A DNA stretch of 64,000 bases from Minisyncoccia bacterium (lineage in GTDB: Bacteria; Patescibacteriota; Minisyncoccia; UBA6257; JAVHQB01), in assembly GCA_049299915.1 (NCBI GenBank), contig JBAQYG010000029.1, positions 194 through 64,193 on the forward strand. The letters are read 5' to 3'. Under the pieces are notes generated by a model. That model saw only the letters and a program-made list of their open reading frames with translations. It ran no database searches and was not told the origin of the DNA. Made by a program: the position numbers and the translations under genes. This document shows, piece by piece, positions 10,120 to 19,162 of this stretch (its first letter is position 1; the number at the start of each line of letters is the position of its first letter).

Positions 10120-11262
10120 TTATTTAATTTCAGGTGGTACTTCAGGAGAGACTTCTTCTAAAGGAATCTCTTCAACCTTTTCTTCTTTAACAACTTTGGG
10201 TTTATCTGTTAAAGATAAGGTCATTTTTCTGCCAGTGGTATCTATACTCTTAATGAAGAATTCTTTAGTTTCTCCTAAAGTAATTTCATTTTTTATAGTC
10301 TCCCAGTTAGCAAATTCTGAAGAGGAACAGAAACCATTCACTCCTGGCTCTATTTCTATAAAGAGCCCTATAGGCAATACTTTCATAATCTTCCCAGAGA
10401 TTTTAGTGAGAAGAACATATCTTTCATTAATCTTATCCCAAGGATCAGCTTTTAAGGCTTTCAAGGATAGAGCCAAACGATCATTATCAGTGCTTATAAT
10501 CTTAGCTTGAATCTTTTGTCCTTCCTGAACATAGTCAGTAGGATTAGAAACTAGTTTGTAATCGAATTCGGAAATATGAATGAGTCCATCTACGGGTGGC
10601 TTACCGAATTGGATAAAGGCACCGAAGTCTACTATTTTAGTAATAGTTCCTTCAACCACTTCACCAACCTGATAATTAGCCATAAGGTCTTTATTCTGGT
10701 CGGATTGGATAAGCTTCTCAGAGAAGATAAGCTTATTTTCTTCGGAATTTACATCCAGAATTTTGACTTCAATTTCCTGACCTATAAATTTCTTTAATTC
10801 AACAAGAATCTTTTCCTTATCACTATTTTCTACCTTAGGATAGTGGGCAGTAGATAATTGAGAGACTGGTAAAAATCCAGTTAAGCCAACGTATTCTACC
10901 AAAAGTCCACCACGATTAGCTTCTTTTACTTTAACCTTAACACTATCTTTACTATCTTTGACGCCAGTAAGTACTCTCCAGGTCCTTTCTCTATTAACTT
11001 CTCTTAAGGAAAGTTCCATAAGCCCTTCTTCGTTAGCAAGGCTTAGGATTTTACCCGAGATAACCTCTCCGATTTTTAAATCCTTAATACTTTCACGAGC
11101 TTGAAGGAACTCGTAGCCACGCACTACTCCGATACCATAAATACCCAGGTCTAAATAAAGGACCCGGTTTTTCTGGTCTAGAACCTTACCCTCTATAACG
11201 CCGTTCTTTTGAGGGTATTTTTTTGCATCCACAGTGGATGTAAGGCTAATAACATTATCCAT
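10120..11262 (-). CDS. rpsA: 30S ribosomal protein S1, short form with about four S1 domains.
   Basis: Repeated S1-domain signatures (GxV..I...GxFV.L). Confidence 0.7.
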   Translation of the reverse strand: MDNVISLTSTVDAKKYPQKNGVIEGKVLDQKNRVLYLDLGIYGIGVVRGYEFLQARESIKDLKIGEVISGKILSLANEEGLMELSLREVNRERTWRVLTGVKDSKDSVKVKVKEANRGGLLVEYVGLTGFLPVSQLSTAHYPKVENSDKEKILVELKKFIGQEIEVKILDVNSEENKLIFSEKLIQSDQNKDLMANYQVGEVVEGTITKIVDFGAFIQFGKPPVDGLIHISEFDYKLVSNPTDYVQEGQKIQAKIISTDNDRLALSLKALKADPWDKINERYVLLTKISGKIMKVLPIGLFIEIEPGVNGFCSSSEFANWETIKNEITLGETKEFFIKSIDTTGRKMTLSLTDKPKVVKEEKVEEIPLEEVSPEVPPEIK

Positions 11263-11321
11263 GTTTGTTGTACCTTAACGTCTTTTAATTTAATTGCGTT
11301 AAGGGTTATTTTTTGGAGATG

Positions 11322-11393
11322 TGGACCCGGCGGGACTCGAACCCGCGATCTTTAGTATGCCATACTAACGCTTTTCCTCTAAGCTACGAGCCC
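11322..11393 (-). tRNA. tRNA-Ala(GGC); no CCA encoded.
   Basis: Reverse complement reads GGGCTCGTAGCTTAG...GGTTCGAGTCCCGCCGGGTCCA with a G3:U70 pair and anticodon loop ATGGCAT. Confidence 0.8.
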
Positions 11394-11513
11394 TTCCAAA
11401 ACACCTCATAATACATTAGTTTCGATTTAATTTCAAGGATGAAGAGCCTTTACCTGCTTTATTTTACCCCTTCTTTATGGTAGATTAGAAACAGATATAA
11501 GCAAAATTTCAAT

Positions 11514-11585
11514 GCCCCCATAGCTCAACGGATAGAGTAGATCCGTCCTAAGGATAAGATGAGGGTTCGATTCCTTCTGGGGGCA
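11514..11585 (+). tRNA. tRNA-Arg(CCT).
   Basis: Sequence GCCCCCATAGCTCAACGGATAGAGT...GGTTCGATTCC..TGGGGGCA with anticodon loop GTCCTAA. There is one G:A mismatch in the anticodon stem. Confidence 0.75.
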
Positions 11586-11617
11586 CTATCTGTATTATTG
11601 TGGGTATAAATTTATTT

Positions 11618-11709
11618 GGAGGGGTGTCTGAGTGGTTTAAAGAGACGGTTTCGAAAACCGTTGTCTCAGATTACTGGGACCGTGAGTTCGAATCTCACCC
11701 CCTCCGCCA
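11618..11709 (+). tRNA. tRNA-Ser(CGA), type II; CCA is encoded.
   Basis: Sequence GGAGGGGTGTCTGAGTGG...GTTCGAATCTCACCCCCTCCGCCA with anticodon loop TTCGAAA and a long variable arm. Confidence 0.85.
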
Positions 11710-11764
11710 AGTTTGGGAATAAAGTAAAATCTTAGAAAGAAGTATAGTTTATTCTATATTTAAA

Positions 11765-11790
11765 ACACTAGTGGAAGACTAGTGTTTTTA
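11765..11790. terminator. Rho-independent terminator after tRNA-Ser, also usable by dcd on the opposite strand.
   Basis: Hairpin acactag/ctagtgt with loop tggaaga, followed by a T-run and preceded by an A-run. Confidence 0.55.
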
Positions 11791-11818
11791 TATTCACGAT
11801 TATAAAAATAGGGCTTAT

Positions 11819-12529
11819 CTAACGATTGTATTTGGAGAAATGGCCAATGTCATGATCCTTATAGAGCTTGGGTAGCATATCGTCTGGGGTCCAATTCTTT
11901 TTTATTTCTTTTAAGCTCCCAAATGATTGGTATTTGTTATTACCCTTTAAATGATACTCGTCGGAAATCTCTACGGGAACAGTCGAATGGAAAATAATTT
12001 GGGCAATGCGTAAACCTACAGGTAAGGGGATAACGTTGTTACTAAAATTAGTGATTTCCATAGTCCAGCGATTTACGTAGCCAATATCTCCCCAACCAGC
12101 ACATTTGCATACAGCAATACCAATTCTTCCCAAAGAACTGCGAGCACGCATTTCGGTGGTCACTGCATCTAATTTTCCAGGGATACCATTCTTACCTCCA
12201 ATAAACTCGATAGTATGGGCCAAAATAGTTTCATTGGGTTCAAGCAAAATTACACAGTCATTTGGTTTTAAGTTATTAAAGGGGTTGAGCTTGGAACGAA
12301 GAATTTTTATGGGAACAGCTTCTTCAAGCTCTGAATACATTCTTCTGAGGGACTTGTCATAAAAAGGATTCACAGCTTGAATACGTTTTACCTGAGTTTG
12401 TCTAAAAAAATACTTTCCTAAACGGACATCATAACTAGTATTGGAAAGATTACCATTATCGAAGGGGTCGATAATAATATTTCCGGCTTTGTAATGTTTG
12501 AGGATTTCTGGTTTGGATAAAACACTCAT
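11819..12529 (-). CDS. dcd: dCTP deaminase / dUTPase-fold family protein, longer than canonical Dcd.
   Basis: N-terminal IIIDPF...SYDVRLG and central SSLGRIGIAV...GWGDIGY...WTMEITN motifs typical of Dcd. The product is 236 aa against about 190 aa for canonical Dcd. Confidence 0.65.
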   Translation of the reverse strand: MSVLSKPEILKHYKAGNIIIDPFDNGNLSNTSYDVRLGKYFFRQTQVKRIQAVNPFYDKSLRRMYSELEEAVPIKILRSKLNPFNNLKPNDCVILLEPNETILAHTIEFIGGKNGIPGKLDAVTTEMRARSSLGRIGIAVCKCAGWGDIGYVNRWTMEITNFSNNVIPLPVGLRIAQIIFHSTVPVEISDEYHLKGNNKYQSFGSLKEIKKNWTPDDMLPKLYKDHDIGHFSKYNR

Positions 12530-12585
12530 ATTTTTTATATTTTAATTAGGGCAATTGTATCATAGTTTCAGGGGATGCTCAAACG

Positions 12586-13083
12586 TTGCCGTTAGGCCTA
12601 TTTGGTGATTTAATAAGTTTAATGACTGAATCAAAACAAAAATTATTAGAGTTAGAAAAAGAAGGAATATATCTTTTTCATGGTTCACCAATCGAGAATT
12701 TAGAGGAGTTAAAACCGCATCAAGCTTATATAGTTTCGCGAGGGGGCAAAGATATGGTTAAAGACGGTGAGCCTTGCATCGCGGCTACTCCATATTTAGA
12801 AATAGCAATTTTTGCAGCCTTCATGTCAAAGAGTAAAAGTAACTTTTCTGTTTCAGCTACTAGCATGGAAGATGTTGTTATAAAATTGAAAGCAAGCGAA
12901 GAGGCCCTTGAAACTGCAAAAGGCCAAAAAGGATTTGTCTATGTTTTAGATAAAGCCGGATTTGTCCCAAGATCTGGAAATAATTATTGTATGGAATGGA
13001 GAAGTAGTGCTTCTGTTAAGCCATTATGGATGTTTGAAGTGAGCTATGAAGATTTACCAAAAAATATCGAAATCATTAAATGA
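12586..13083 (+). CDS. Hypothetical protein.
   Basis: A 165-aa ORF with a TTG start in the track (an in-frame ATG lies 12 codons downstream). No recognisable motif. Confidence 0.4.
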   Translation: MPLGLFGDLISLMTESKQKLLELEKEGIYLFHGSPIENLEELKPHQAYIVSRGGKDMVKDGEPCIAATPYLEIAIFAAFMSKSKSNFSVSATSMEDVVIKLKASEEALETAKGQKGFVYVLDKAGFVPRSGNNYCMEWRSSASVKPLWMFEVSYEDLPKNIEIIK

Positions 13084-13100
13084 TCTAGATCACCTTAATC

Positions 13101-13523
13101 ATGAAGAAAGCAATCAAAATAATTCAAAAAGATATTATCCAAATTTTTAGAAGTGGGGTAAAAAATAAACCCTTAAATTTGTGTTGCAAAGACAGTTGTA
13201 GTGAAGCTTCCCGATTGGTCGCAATTTGGATAAAAAGAAAATTTAAGAGAGCCTCAGTATTTATATTAAAAGGAGAACATAAACCTAAAAAATATCATGA
13301 CATCTTAATTACCCAGTTAGGTAATGAATTTTATTTAATAGATCCAACGGTTTGGCAATTTTTTAAGAACAAAAGAAGTATTTTGATAGGAAAATTTAAT
13401 AGTATAAATGAACTCTTATTACGTGCCAAGGAACTATATGGTGGCAAATGGGGAAACATAGAAAAATTTACAAATTTTAAAGAGGAAAAGCGATTAATTA
13501 AAATAATAAAAAGTAATTCGTGA
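13101..13523 (+). CDS. Hypothetical protein, possibly a papain-like / NlpC-P60-like fold given an ordered Cys, His, Asp pattern.
   Basis: A 140-aa protein with CCKDSC, then KYHDIL, then LIDP in that order. The fold assignment is weak. Confidence 0.4.
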   Translation: MKKAIKIIQKDIIQIFRSGVKNKPLNLCCKDSCSEASRLVAIWIKRKFKRASVFILKGEHKPKKYHDILITQLGNEFYLIDPTVWQFFKNKRSILIGKFNSINELLLRAKELYGGKWGNIEKFTNFKEEKRLIKIIKSNS

Positions 13524-13567
13524 CAAAAACTATTCTTCCGAAAGGCTATTAAAACAGTAATATAATT

Positions 13568-14215
13568 ATGCAGTTAGAGCTTTTACATAAAGAATACGAC
13601 TCATTACAGGCTTTATATGGTGACCCTTCACTAAAGTCTATTTATGGTGCAGGCTGCACTAAGAATCCCAAAATAATGTTAGTGTTTATGAATCCAACTG
13701 CTACAAACGTGTCAGCTAAAAAGAATTGGCAGGGATTAAGAGCTCCTTGGTTGGGAACTAAAAATATATGGAATATTTTCTATGAATTAAAATTATTATC
13801 CAAAGATTCATTTGATAGGATACAACATATGAGGCCCGAAGAATGGACTGCTGGTTTTGCCGATAGAGTGTATTCTGAATTAACTGATAAAGGAATATTC
13901 GTTACAAATCTAGCTAAATGTACTCAAGTAGATGCCAGACCATTAAAAAATGATATATTTAAAAATTATTTAGATTTAATACTTAAAGAAATTGATTCTA
14001 TTAATCCTAAAAATATAGTTAGTTTTGGCAATCAAGTTAGTTCAATTTTATTAGGAAAACCAATTTCTGTGGGTGATTATGTTGGTACTCAAAATGAGAT
14101 ATTGAAAATTGGCAAAAAACGATTTAAAGTTTATCCAACCTATTATCCAGTAGGGCAGGGAAGACGTAATATGCCATTAGCAGTAGGAAGAATAGAAAAG
14201 ATTTTGAAATATTAA
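13568..14215 (+). CDS. Uracil-DNA glycosylase-superfamily protein (SMUG/family-4-like).
   Basis: MLVFMNPTATN resembles the UDG-superfamily motif A (GMNPG-like), and the size fits. The C-terminal motif is not clearly recognisable. Confidence 0.4.
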   Translation: MQLELLHKEYDSLQALYGDPSLKSIYGAGCTKNPKIMLVFMNPTATNVSAKKNWQGLRAPWLGTKNIWNIFYELKLLSKDSFDRIQHMRPEEWTAGFADRVYSELTDKGIFVTNLAKCTQVDARPLKNDIFKNYLDLILKEIDSINPKNIVSFGNQVSSILLGKPISVGDYVGTQNEILKIGKKRFKVYPTYYPVGQGRRNMPLAVGRIEKILKY

Positions 14216-14261
14216 TAATTTCTAATGCAGTTCAATATTAAATATCAATTTCTTATTTTAT

Positions 14262-14963
14262 ATGAATAAATATATTTACTTAATTGGAAATCTAATATTT
14301 TTTATCATTTGGCTAGCCATTATTGTTACCAGAAAGGATCTGAGGTTTAAAATGGTAAAAACGAGCCTTATGGGTGGTGCCATGGGTATATTGTCAGAGT
14401 TCTGGTACTTTAAAGATTATTGGCGACCACCATCAATTTTAGGACAAGGAGTTACCTCTATTGAAGATTTTTTGTTCGGTTTCTTTATCACAGGAATCGC
14501 TGTTTCCATATATGACATAGTTTTTGGTTTTAAGAACATTTCAGGCGAGAAACCTCACAAATTATTATTCGGTTTATTATTTATCCTAGTAATGAGTTCT
14601 TTATTATTTTTAAGTACTTGGAAAGGAGTCAATTCAATTTTAGTAAGTGAAATAGCATTCTTACTTTGTACAGTAATAATAGTTCTAATAAGGAAAGACC
14701 TACTTAAACCCGCTCTAATATCGGGACTATTGCTGGTATTAGTTATTCTTCCGATTTATGTGCTGCTTTTCAACATTCTTTCTCCTAATTTCTGGCGCCT
14801 ATATTGGCTATTGAATCAAACTAAATTCGGTATTTTAGTTTTTGGCGACATTCCTTTAACCGAATTATTTTGGTACTTTTATTGGGGTTGTTTTTGTGGA
14901 GCAGGTCATAATTTTTATTCAGGTACTAAAAAAGTTCCTTTAATTAAGATTTCTGGGCAATAA
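14262..14963 (+). CDS. Polytopic membrane protein, possibly lycopene-cyclase-domain-like.
   Basis: About seven hydrophobic helices, and a PxxE-type motif (IPLTELFWYF) repeated weakly. The assignment is speculative. Confidence 0.45.
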   Translation: MNKYIYLIGNLIFFIIWLAIIVTRKDLRFKMVKTSLMGGAMGILSEFWYFKDYWRPPSILGQGVTSIEDFLFGFFITGIAVSIYDIVFGFKNISGEKPHKLLFGLLFILVMSSLLFLSTWKGVNSILVSEIAFLLCTVIIVLIRKDLLKPALISGLLLVLVILPIYVLLFNILSPNFWRLYWLLNQTKFGILVFGDIPLTELFWYFYWGCFCGAGHNFYSGTKKVPLIKISGQ

Positions 14964-15077
14964 GATTTCTAGTTCTTTCTACCATAAATTCCTAGCTAAT
15001 CCATATGATTATAAAAGAAATCTGAGTATAATTATAAGTAAGGTGGAGAATATTAGGTAAATTATTGTATAAATATA

Positions 15078-15701
15078 ATGATTTATAGAATTCAAAAAAT
15101 CAGTCGTTCAAAAATAGATAAAATGTATACGAAATCAATGAAAGAGTTAAATTCTTTTTTTCCAATCAATTGGACCCATAATCTCCCGAATCTAATTTTA
15201 GTTCCAGACAGAGAGACCATTAATGCTTTAAAAGGGCATAAAACAGAAGATTGGGTTGTTGGGTGGGCTGACCGCAATAAAGTGTACTTATTAGATGGTA
15301 AGAACTTTAATAAAGAAAGTAGCCATCAATATTCTGATGAGGAATTCTTTGTGTCTATAAAACATGAACTTGCACACTGTTTTTCTTATGTATTAGCCGA
15401 TTTCAGTAGAATACCTATTTGGCTTCTTGAAGGAATCGCTATATATGTTTCTGGTGAATATAAACAGCAAACGAAGCCTAAAAAATTTAAAAACTTTATT
15501 AATTATTTTGATAAAAGTGGGGAAGGAGTCTATTCAGAATCTGGTTTTGCGGTTATGTTTTTGATAGAGAAATATGGGAAAAAGAAACTTTTATCTTTAT
15601 TGAAATCGTTAAAAAAAGTTAAATCAAAAGCAGATTTTGCTAAATTGTTTAAATCTATTTATGGTTTCGAATTGTCCTATAAAAATTTTAGAGTAATTTG
15701 A
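15078..15701 (+). CDS. Putative zinc metallopeptidase-like protein (HExxH).
   Basis: An HELAH motif followed by a downstream Glu (LLEGIA), as in zincins. Confidence 0.4.
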   Translation: MIYRIQKISRSKIDKMYTKSMKELNSFFPINWTHNLPNLILVPDRETINALKGHKTEDWVVGWADRNKVYLLDGKNFNKESSHQYSDEEFFVSIKHELAHCFSYVLADFSRIPIWLLEGIAIYVSGEYKQQTKPKKFKNFINYFDKSGEGVYSESGFAVMFLIEKYGKKKLLSLLKSLKKVKSKADFAKLFKSIYGFELSYKNFRVI

Positions 15702-15846
15702 TTTTTTACCCTTCCTTTATTATCACCCATCTCCAGTAAGCTCTTATGGATGTAAAAAGAACCTAGCTATAATTTCCAAGAAGATAAGTAAAATTAAACA
15801 GATTATTAAATAAGTAAATTAACATCAATTAATAATAAATAATATT

Positions 15847-16020
15847 ATGACTATGTATTATGCAGGTCTAATGTATGTTGCAATAGCTATAGTTATATTT
15901 TTAGTTTGCCGAGTCCTGGTTCTATGGTATTGGAAGATTGATACAATAGTGTCATTGCTCCAAGATATCTCAGGCAATTTGTCTAATATAGTGCAAAAGA
16001 CAGAGCAAAAACAAGCCTAG
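15847..16020 (+). CDS. Small single-TM protein (57 aa); not in the ORF track because it is under 60 aa.
   Basis: ATG-initiated ORF MTMYYAGLMYVAIAIVIFLVCRVLVLWYW... lying in the AT-rich gap upstream of the RloC-like gene. Confidence 0.25.
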   Translation: MTMYYAGLMYVAIAIVIFLVCRVLVLWYWKIDTIVSLLQDISGNLSNIVQKTEQKQA

Positions 16021-16306
16021 TTGAATTTGAAATATTAGTATTTTGTCAGTGTTTTTATTTGCCCAAACCCTTGAGAGGGGTTATAATATAGGTGTTAAAA
16101 ATCTATAATTTTGTGGAATACAACATGCATCCTAGTGGTAATAATGAGGGTTGTTCCACTTATACTATGAGTCTGTTTTCAGAGCGTTATATTGAATTGG
16201 CCTAAATGGTCAATTTTTTTAATGCAATAATATATATAATTGACGGATTATAGTCATTATAATGAATTTAATAAATCGGTTAGAAAAATCGTAAAAAAAT
16301 AATCTT

Positions 16307-18604
16307 GTGGATAAATGGATACGATTACTGGAAATATTAAAAAACAAAATAATGAAAGTAATGATAAAAAAAATTGTAAAAATTAAAAATTATAGTGTAT
16401 TCCAAGATTTCTCTTGGAACTTGTTATTGCCTGATTTTAAAAAGGTTAATATTATTTATGGTTTTAACGGATCTGGCAAAAGCACTCTATCAGAGCTGTT
16501 TAGATTCTTAGAAATAAAAAATAAAGATTTTTTAAACACGGGAGTTGAGTTTGATATTGAAATTGACGGTGGCAATCACATAAAAAATACTGGTACTAAT
16601 TTGTTTACAAAAGATTATCAAATAAAGGTTTTTAATCAGAGTTTCGTAGGGGAAAACATTGATTTTATCCAAGGAAAAACTAAAAAAATTACCCTTTTTT
16701 TAGGAAAAGAAAATCAAGAATTACGAAATCAACTAGAAGATAAAACTAACAGAATTGATATCTTGGGTAAGGAAATAGAGGATAATCTCAATGAACAACA
16801 AGAAAAAGAAAAATCAATTGAAAAATCTTTTACGGAAATAGCTAAAACTATATCTGCCATAGAAACTGGTAATGCTAGAAGAAATTATAGGTCTCCAGAA
16901 GCTAAGCTATCTTTTAATTTATTGCAAAATAAACAAGAAATCGATGAGGCAGAATTAGAACAAAATAAAAAAATTTTAACTGCAGAAAAGAGAGAAAACA
17001 TTCCTGAATTATCTGCAAAAAAATATAAGATAGAAATCGAAACCATAAAAATAAATATAGATAGAATATTAAAAACAAAAATATTAATAAGTATTATAAA
17101 GAGATTAAAAGATAATTTTGACATCTCTCAATGGGTAGAATCCGGTCTGGCTATTCATAAAGATCATAATAGCCGAGTTTGCGAATATTGTCTTCAAAAA
17201 ATTCCAAATAAAAGGCAAAAGGAATTGGAAGAATATTTTAACGATGCAAATAAAAAATTGAAAACAGAAATTGATAGTCAAATAAAACTGATAGATGATT
17301 TATATTCAAATATAGAAAGCATTATTATACCAGACGAAAATAAATTTTATCCAGACAAAAAACAATCAATGATAACTTATAAGTCTATATTCATTAAAAA
17401 AAGAAATAATATATTATTGTTATTGGATGAATTCAAGTCTAGATTAGAAGAGAAGAAGGGTAGGCAATTTGAAAAATTGGTTTATAATCCGACTATAAAT
17501 AATGGGAACCAATTTGATGATGTATTAGATAGCATAGAAGCTTTAATCAAATCTCATAATGTTTTTAATGATAATTTGGAAAAAAATATAGATGAAGCTA
17601 GGAAAAAAATAGAAACACATTATTTATCTACCATATTTGATGAAGTGAAAAATTTTGAAGTAAATATCAAAGAATTAGAAGCAAAAGTTATAAAAGATAA
17701 GAAAAATAAAGATACAATTAGAGAAGAGGCGGACACTATTAGGGGCAAGATATCTAATGTGCACGCCTCTTGCGATGAATTAAATAGAAAAATACATCAA
17801 TTTTTAGGTAGAGATGAAATAAATTTAGAAGTTACAGCAGACCAACAGGGGTTTACCATTAAAAGGAAACTTAAGAATGCAACTAATTTAAGTGAAGGAG
17901 AAAAAACAGCTATTGCGTTTGTTTATTTTTTAGAATCTTTATCTGATAATGGATTAAATGCTAAAGACGAAATTATTGTGATAGATGACCCAGTATCAAG
18001 TTTTGATTCGAATTCATTGTTTCAAGCATTTGCTTTTATGAAAGAACTTATAGAAGACCCAAATCAAATTTTTATAATGACACATAATTTCCAATTTTTA
18101 AGATTAGTTTTAAATTGGCAAAAAGGAAATAATCGAGGAAAAGACTGCTCTAGTTATATGATAAATAACTATATGAATACCACTAATATTAGATGTGCAA
18201 GAATAGAAAAATTGGATAAATTATTAGAGTCGCATGAAACTGAGTACCATTATTTATTTAAATTATTGTATGAATTTAACACTGAGGCCGATGAAAAGAA
18301 AAATGATTTGGCCAGAGTTTATAATTTGCCTAATATTGCAAGAAAAGTATTAGAAACATATTTAATGTTCAGGGTACCAAGCAATCAAGGTACTTATGAT
18401 AAATTATATTCTTCCTATATTAAATTCGATAGAATTAAAAAGGCAGCGATTTATAAGTTTTCAAACGATCAATCGCACATAACTGGTGATGATTTTAGTC
18501 CTTCCCTTATACAAGAAACTAAAAATAATATCCGAGATTTATTGGATATGATACAACAAAATTCACAAGAGCATTATGAGATTATTGTTAGCTCGTTAGT
18601 ATAG
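16307..18604 (+). CDS. RloC/PrrC-like anticodon nuclease candidate (AAA_13 ABC-type ATPase).
   Basis: Three features support this:
- ABC ATPase motifs: Walker A GFNGSGKST, signature LSEGEKTAIAFVYFL, Walker B IIVIDDPVSSFD and H-loop MTHN.
- A CxxC zinc hook (CEYC) within the long central coiled-coil, as in RloC.
- A C-terminal nuclease-like motif NIARKVLETYLMFRVP followed by a conserved His (SHITGDD). Confidence 0.65.
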   Translation: MDKWIRLLEILKNKIMKVMIKKIVKIKNYSVFQDFSWNLLLPDFKKVNIIYGFNGSGKSTLSELFRFLEIKNKDFLNTGVEFDIEIDGGNHIKNTGTNLFTKDYQIKVFNQSFVGENIDFIQGKTKKITLFLGKENQELRNQLEDKTNRIDILGKEIEDNLNEQQEKEKSIEKSFTEIAKTISAIETGNARRNYRSPEAKLSFNLLQNKQEIDEAELEQNKKILTAEKRENIPELSAKKYKIEIETIKINIDRILKTKILISIIKRLKDNFDISQWVESGLAIHKDHNSRVCEYCLQKIPNKRQKELEEYFNDANKKLKTEIDSQIKLIDDLYSNIESIIIPDENKFYPDKKQSMITYKSIFIKKRNNILLLLDEFKSRLEEKKGRQFEKLVYNPTINNGNQFDDVLDSIEALIKSHNVFNDNLEKNIDEARKKIETHYLSTIFDEVKNFEVNIKELEAKVIKDKKNKDTIREEADTIRGKISNVHASCDELNRKIHQFLGRDEINLEVTADQQGFTIKRKLKNATNLSEGEKTAIAFVYFLESLSDNGLNAKDEIIVIDDPVSSFDSNSLFQAFAFMKELIEDPNQIFIMTHNFQFLRLVLNWQKGNNRGKDCSSYMINNYMNTTNIRCARIEKLDKLLESHETEYHYLFKLLYEFNTEADEKKNDLARVYNLPNIARKVLETYLMFRVPSNQGTYDKLYSSYIKFDRIKKAAIYKFSNDQSHITGDDFSPSLIQETKNNIRDLLDMIQQNSQEHYEIIVSSLV

Positions 18605-18772
18605 AGACATAAGTAGACAGAATTGCTTTTCTATAGAATTTGAACTTCGATGATTTCAAGAAAACATTAAAAAATCTTTCAAATTGATTGTTTTTATTGT
18701 TTCCTAATATATTATTTATTTATGCGTATCTTAAAAATTAATCCCTAATTGTTTTTGTGATACAATAGAGAC

Positions 18773-19162
18773 ATGACTTATATAGGAATACTACCGAACA
18801 TGATTTTATGGTGGTACTCTCAGGGGCTTAAGGAATGCCTCGATTTTTGTTTCGCTATTTTAGTGTTTTTAAAGAATACTTTTTCTGTTTCACTGAATCT
18901 CAAAACTTTATTTGCTCCTTGGAGAAGAACGACTAAACCATTAGAATCCAACTTAGTTGGTTTAAAGAATTTTGTTTTTGATCAAATTGTAGCTAGGGGA
19001 TTAGGGTTTCTTATTAGAACAGTCTCTTTAATCGCGTACCTTTTAATAACAGTTATTACTCTGCCAGTTCTTCTGCTAGCTATGGTGATTTGGATAACTC
19101 TACCTGTAATAGGCGTGACTTTTTTAATAGCGTGGGTTAAACATCTCTTAGAATGGATTTAA
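18773..19162 (+). CDS. Small integral membrane protein (129 aa).
   Basis: About four TM helices. Its stop overlaps the start of the downstream Clp-like gene by 10 nt. Confidence 0.5.
   Translation: MTYIGILPNMILWWYSQGLKECLDFCFAILVFLKNTFSVSLNLKTLFAPWRRTTKPLESNLVGLKNFVFDQIVARGLGFLIRTVSLIAYLLITVITLPVLLLAMVIWITLPVIGVTFLIAWVKHLLEWI

Noticed and set aside
16230-16275. A candidate promoter (TTGACG ... TATAAT) upstream of the RloC-like gene.
   Set aside because: The spacer between the best hexamers is only about 12 nt. In an AT-rich region, chance hexamers are common.
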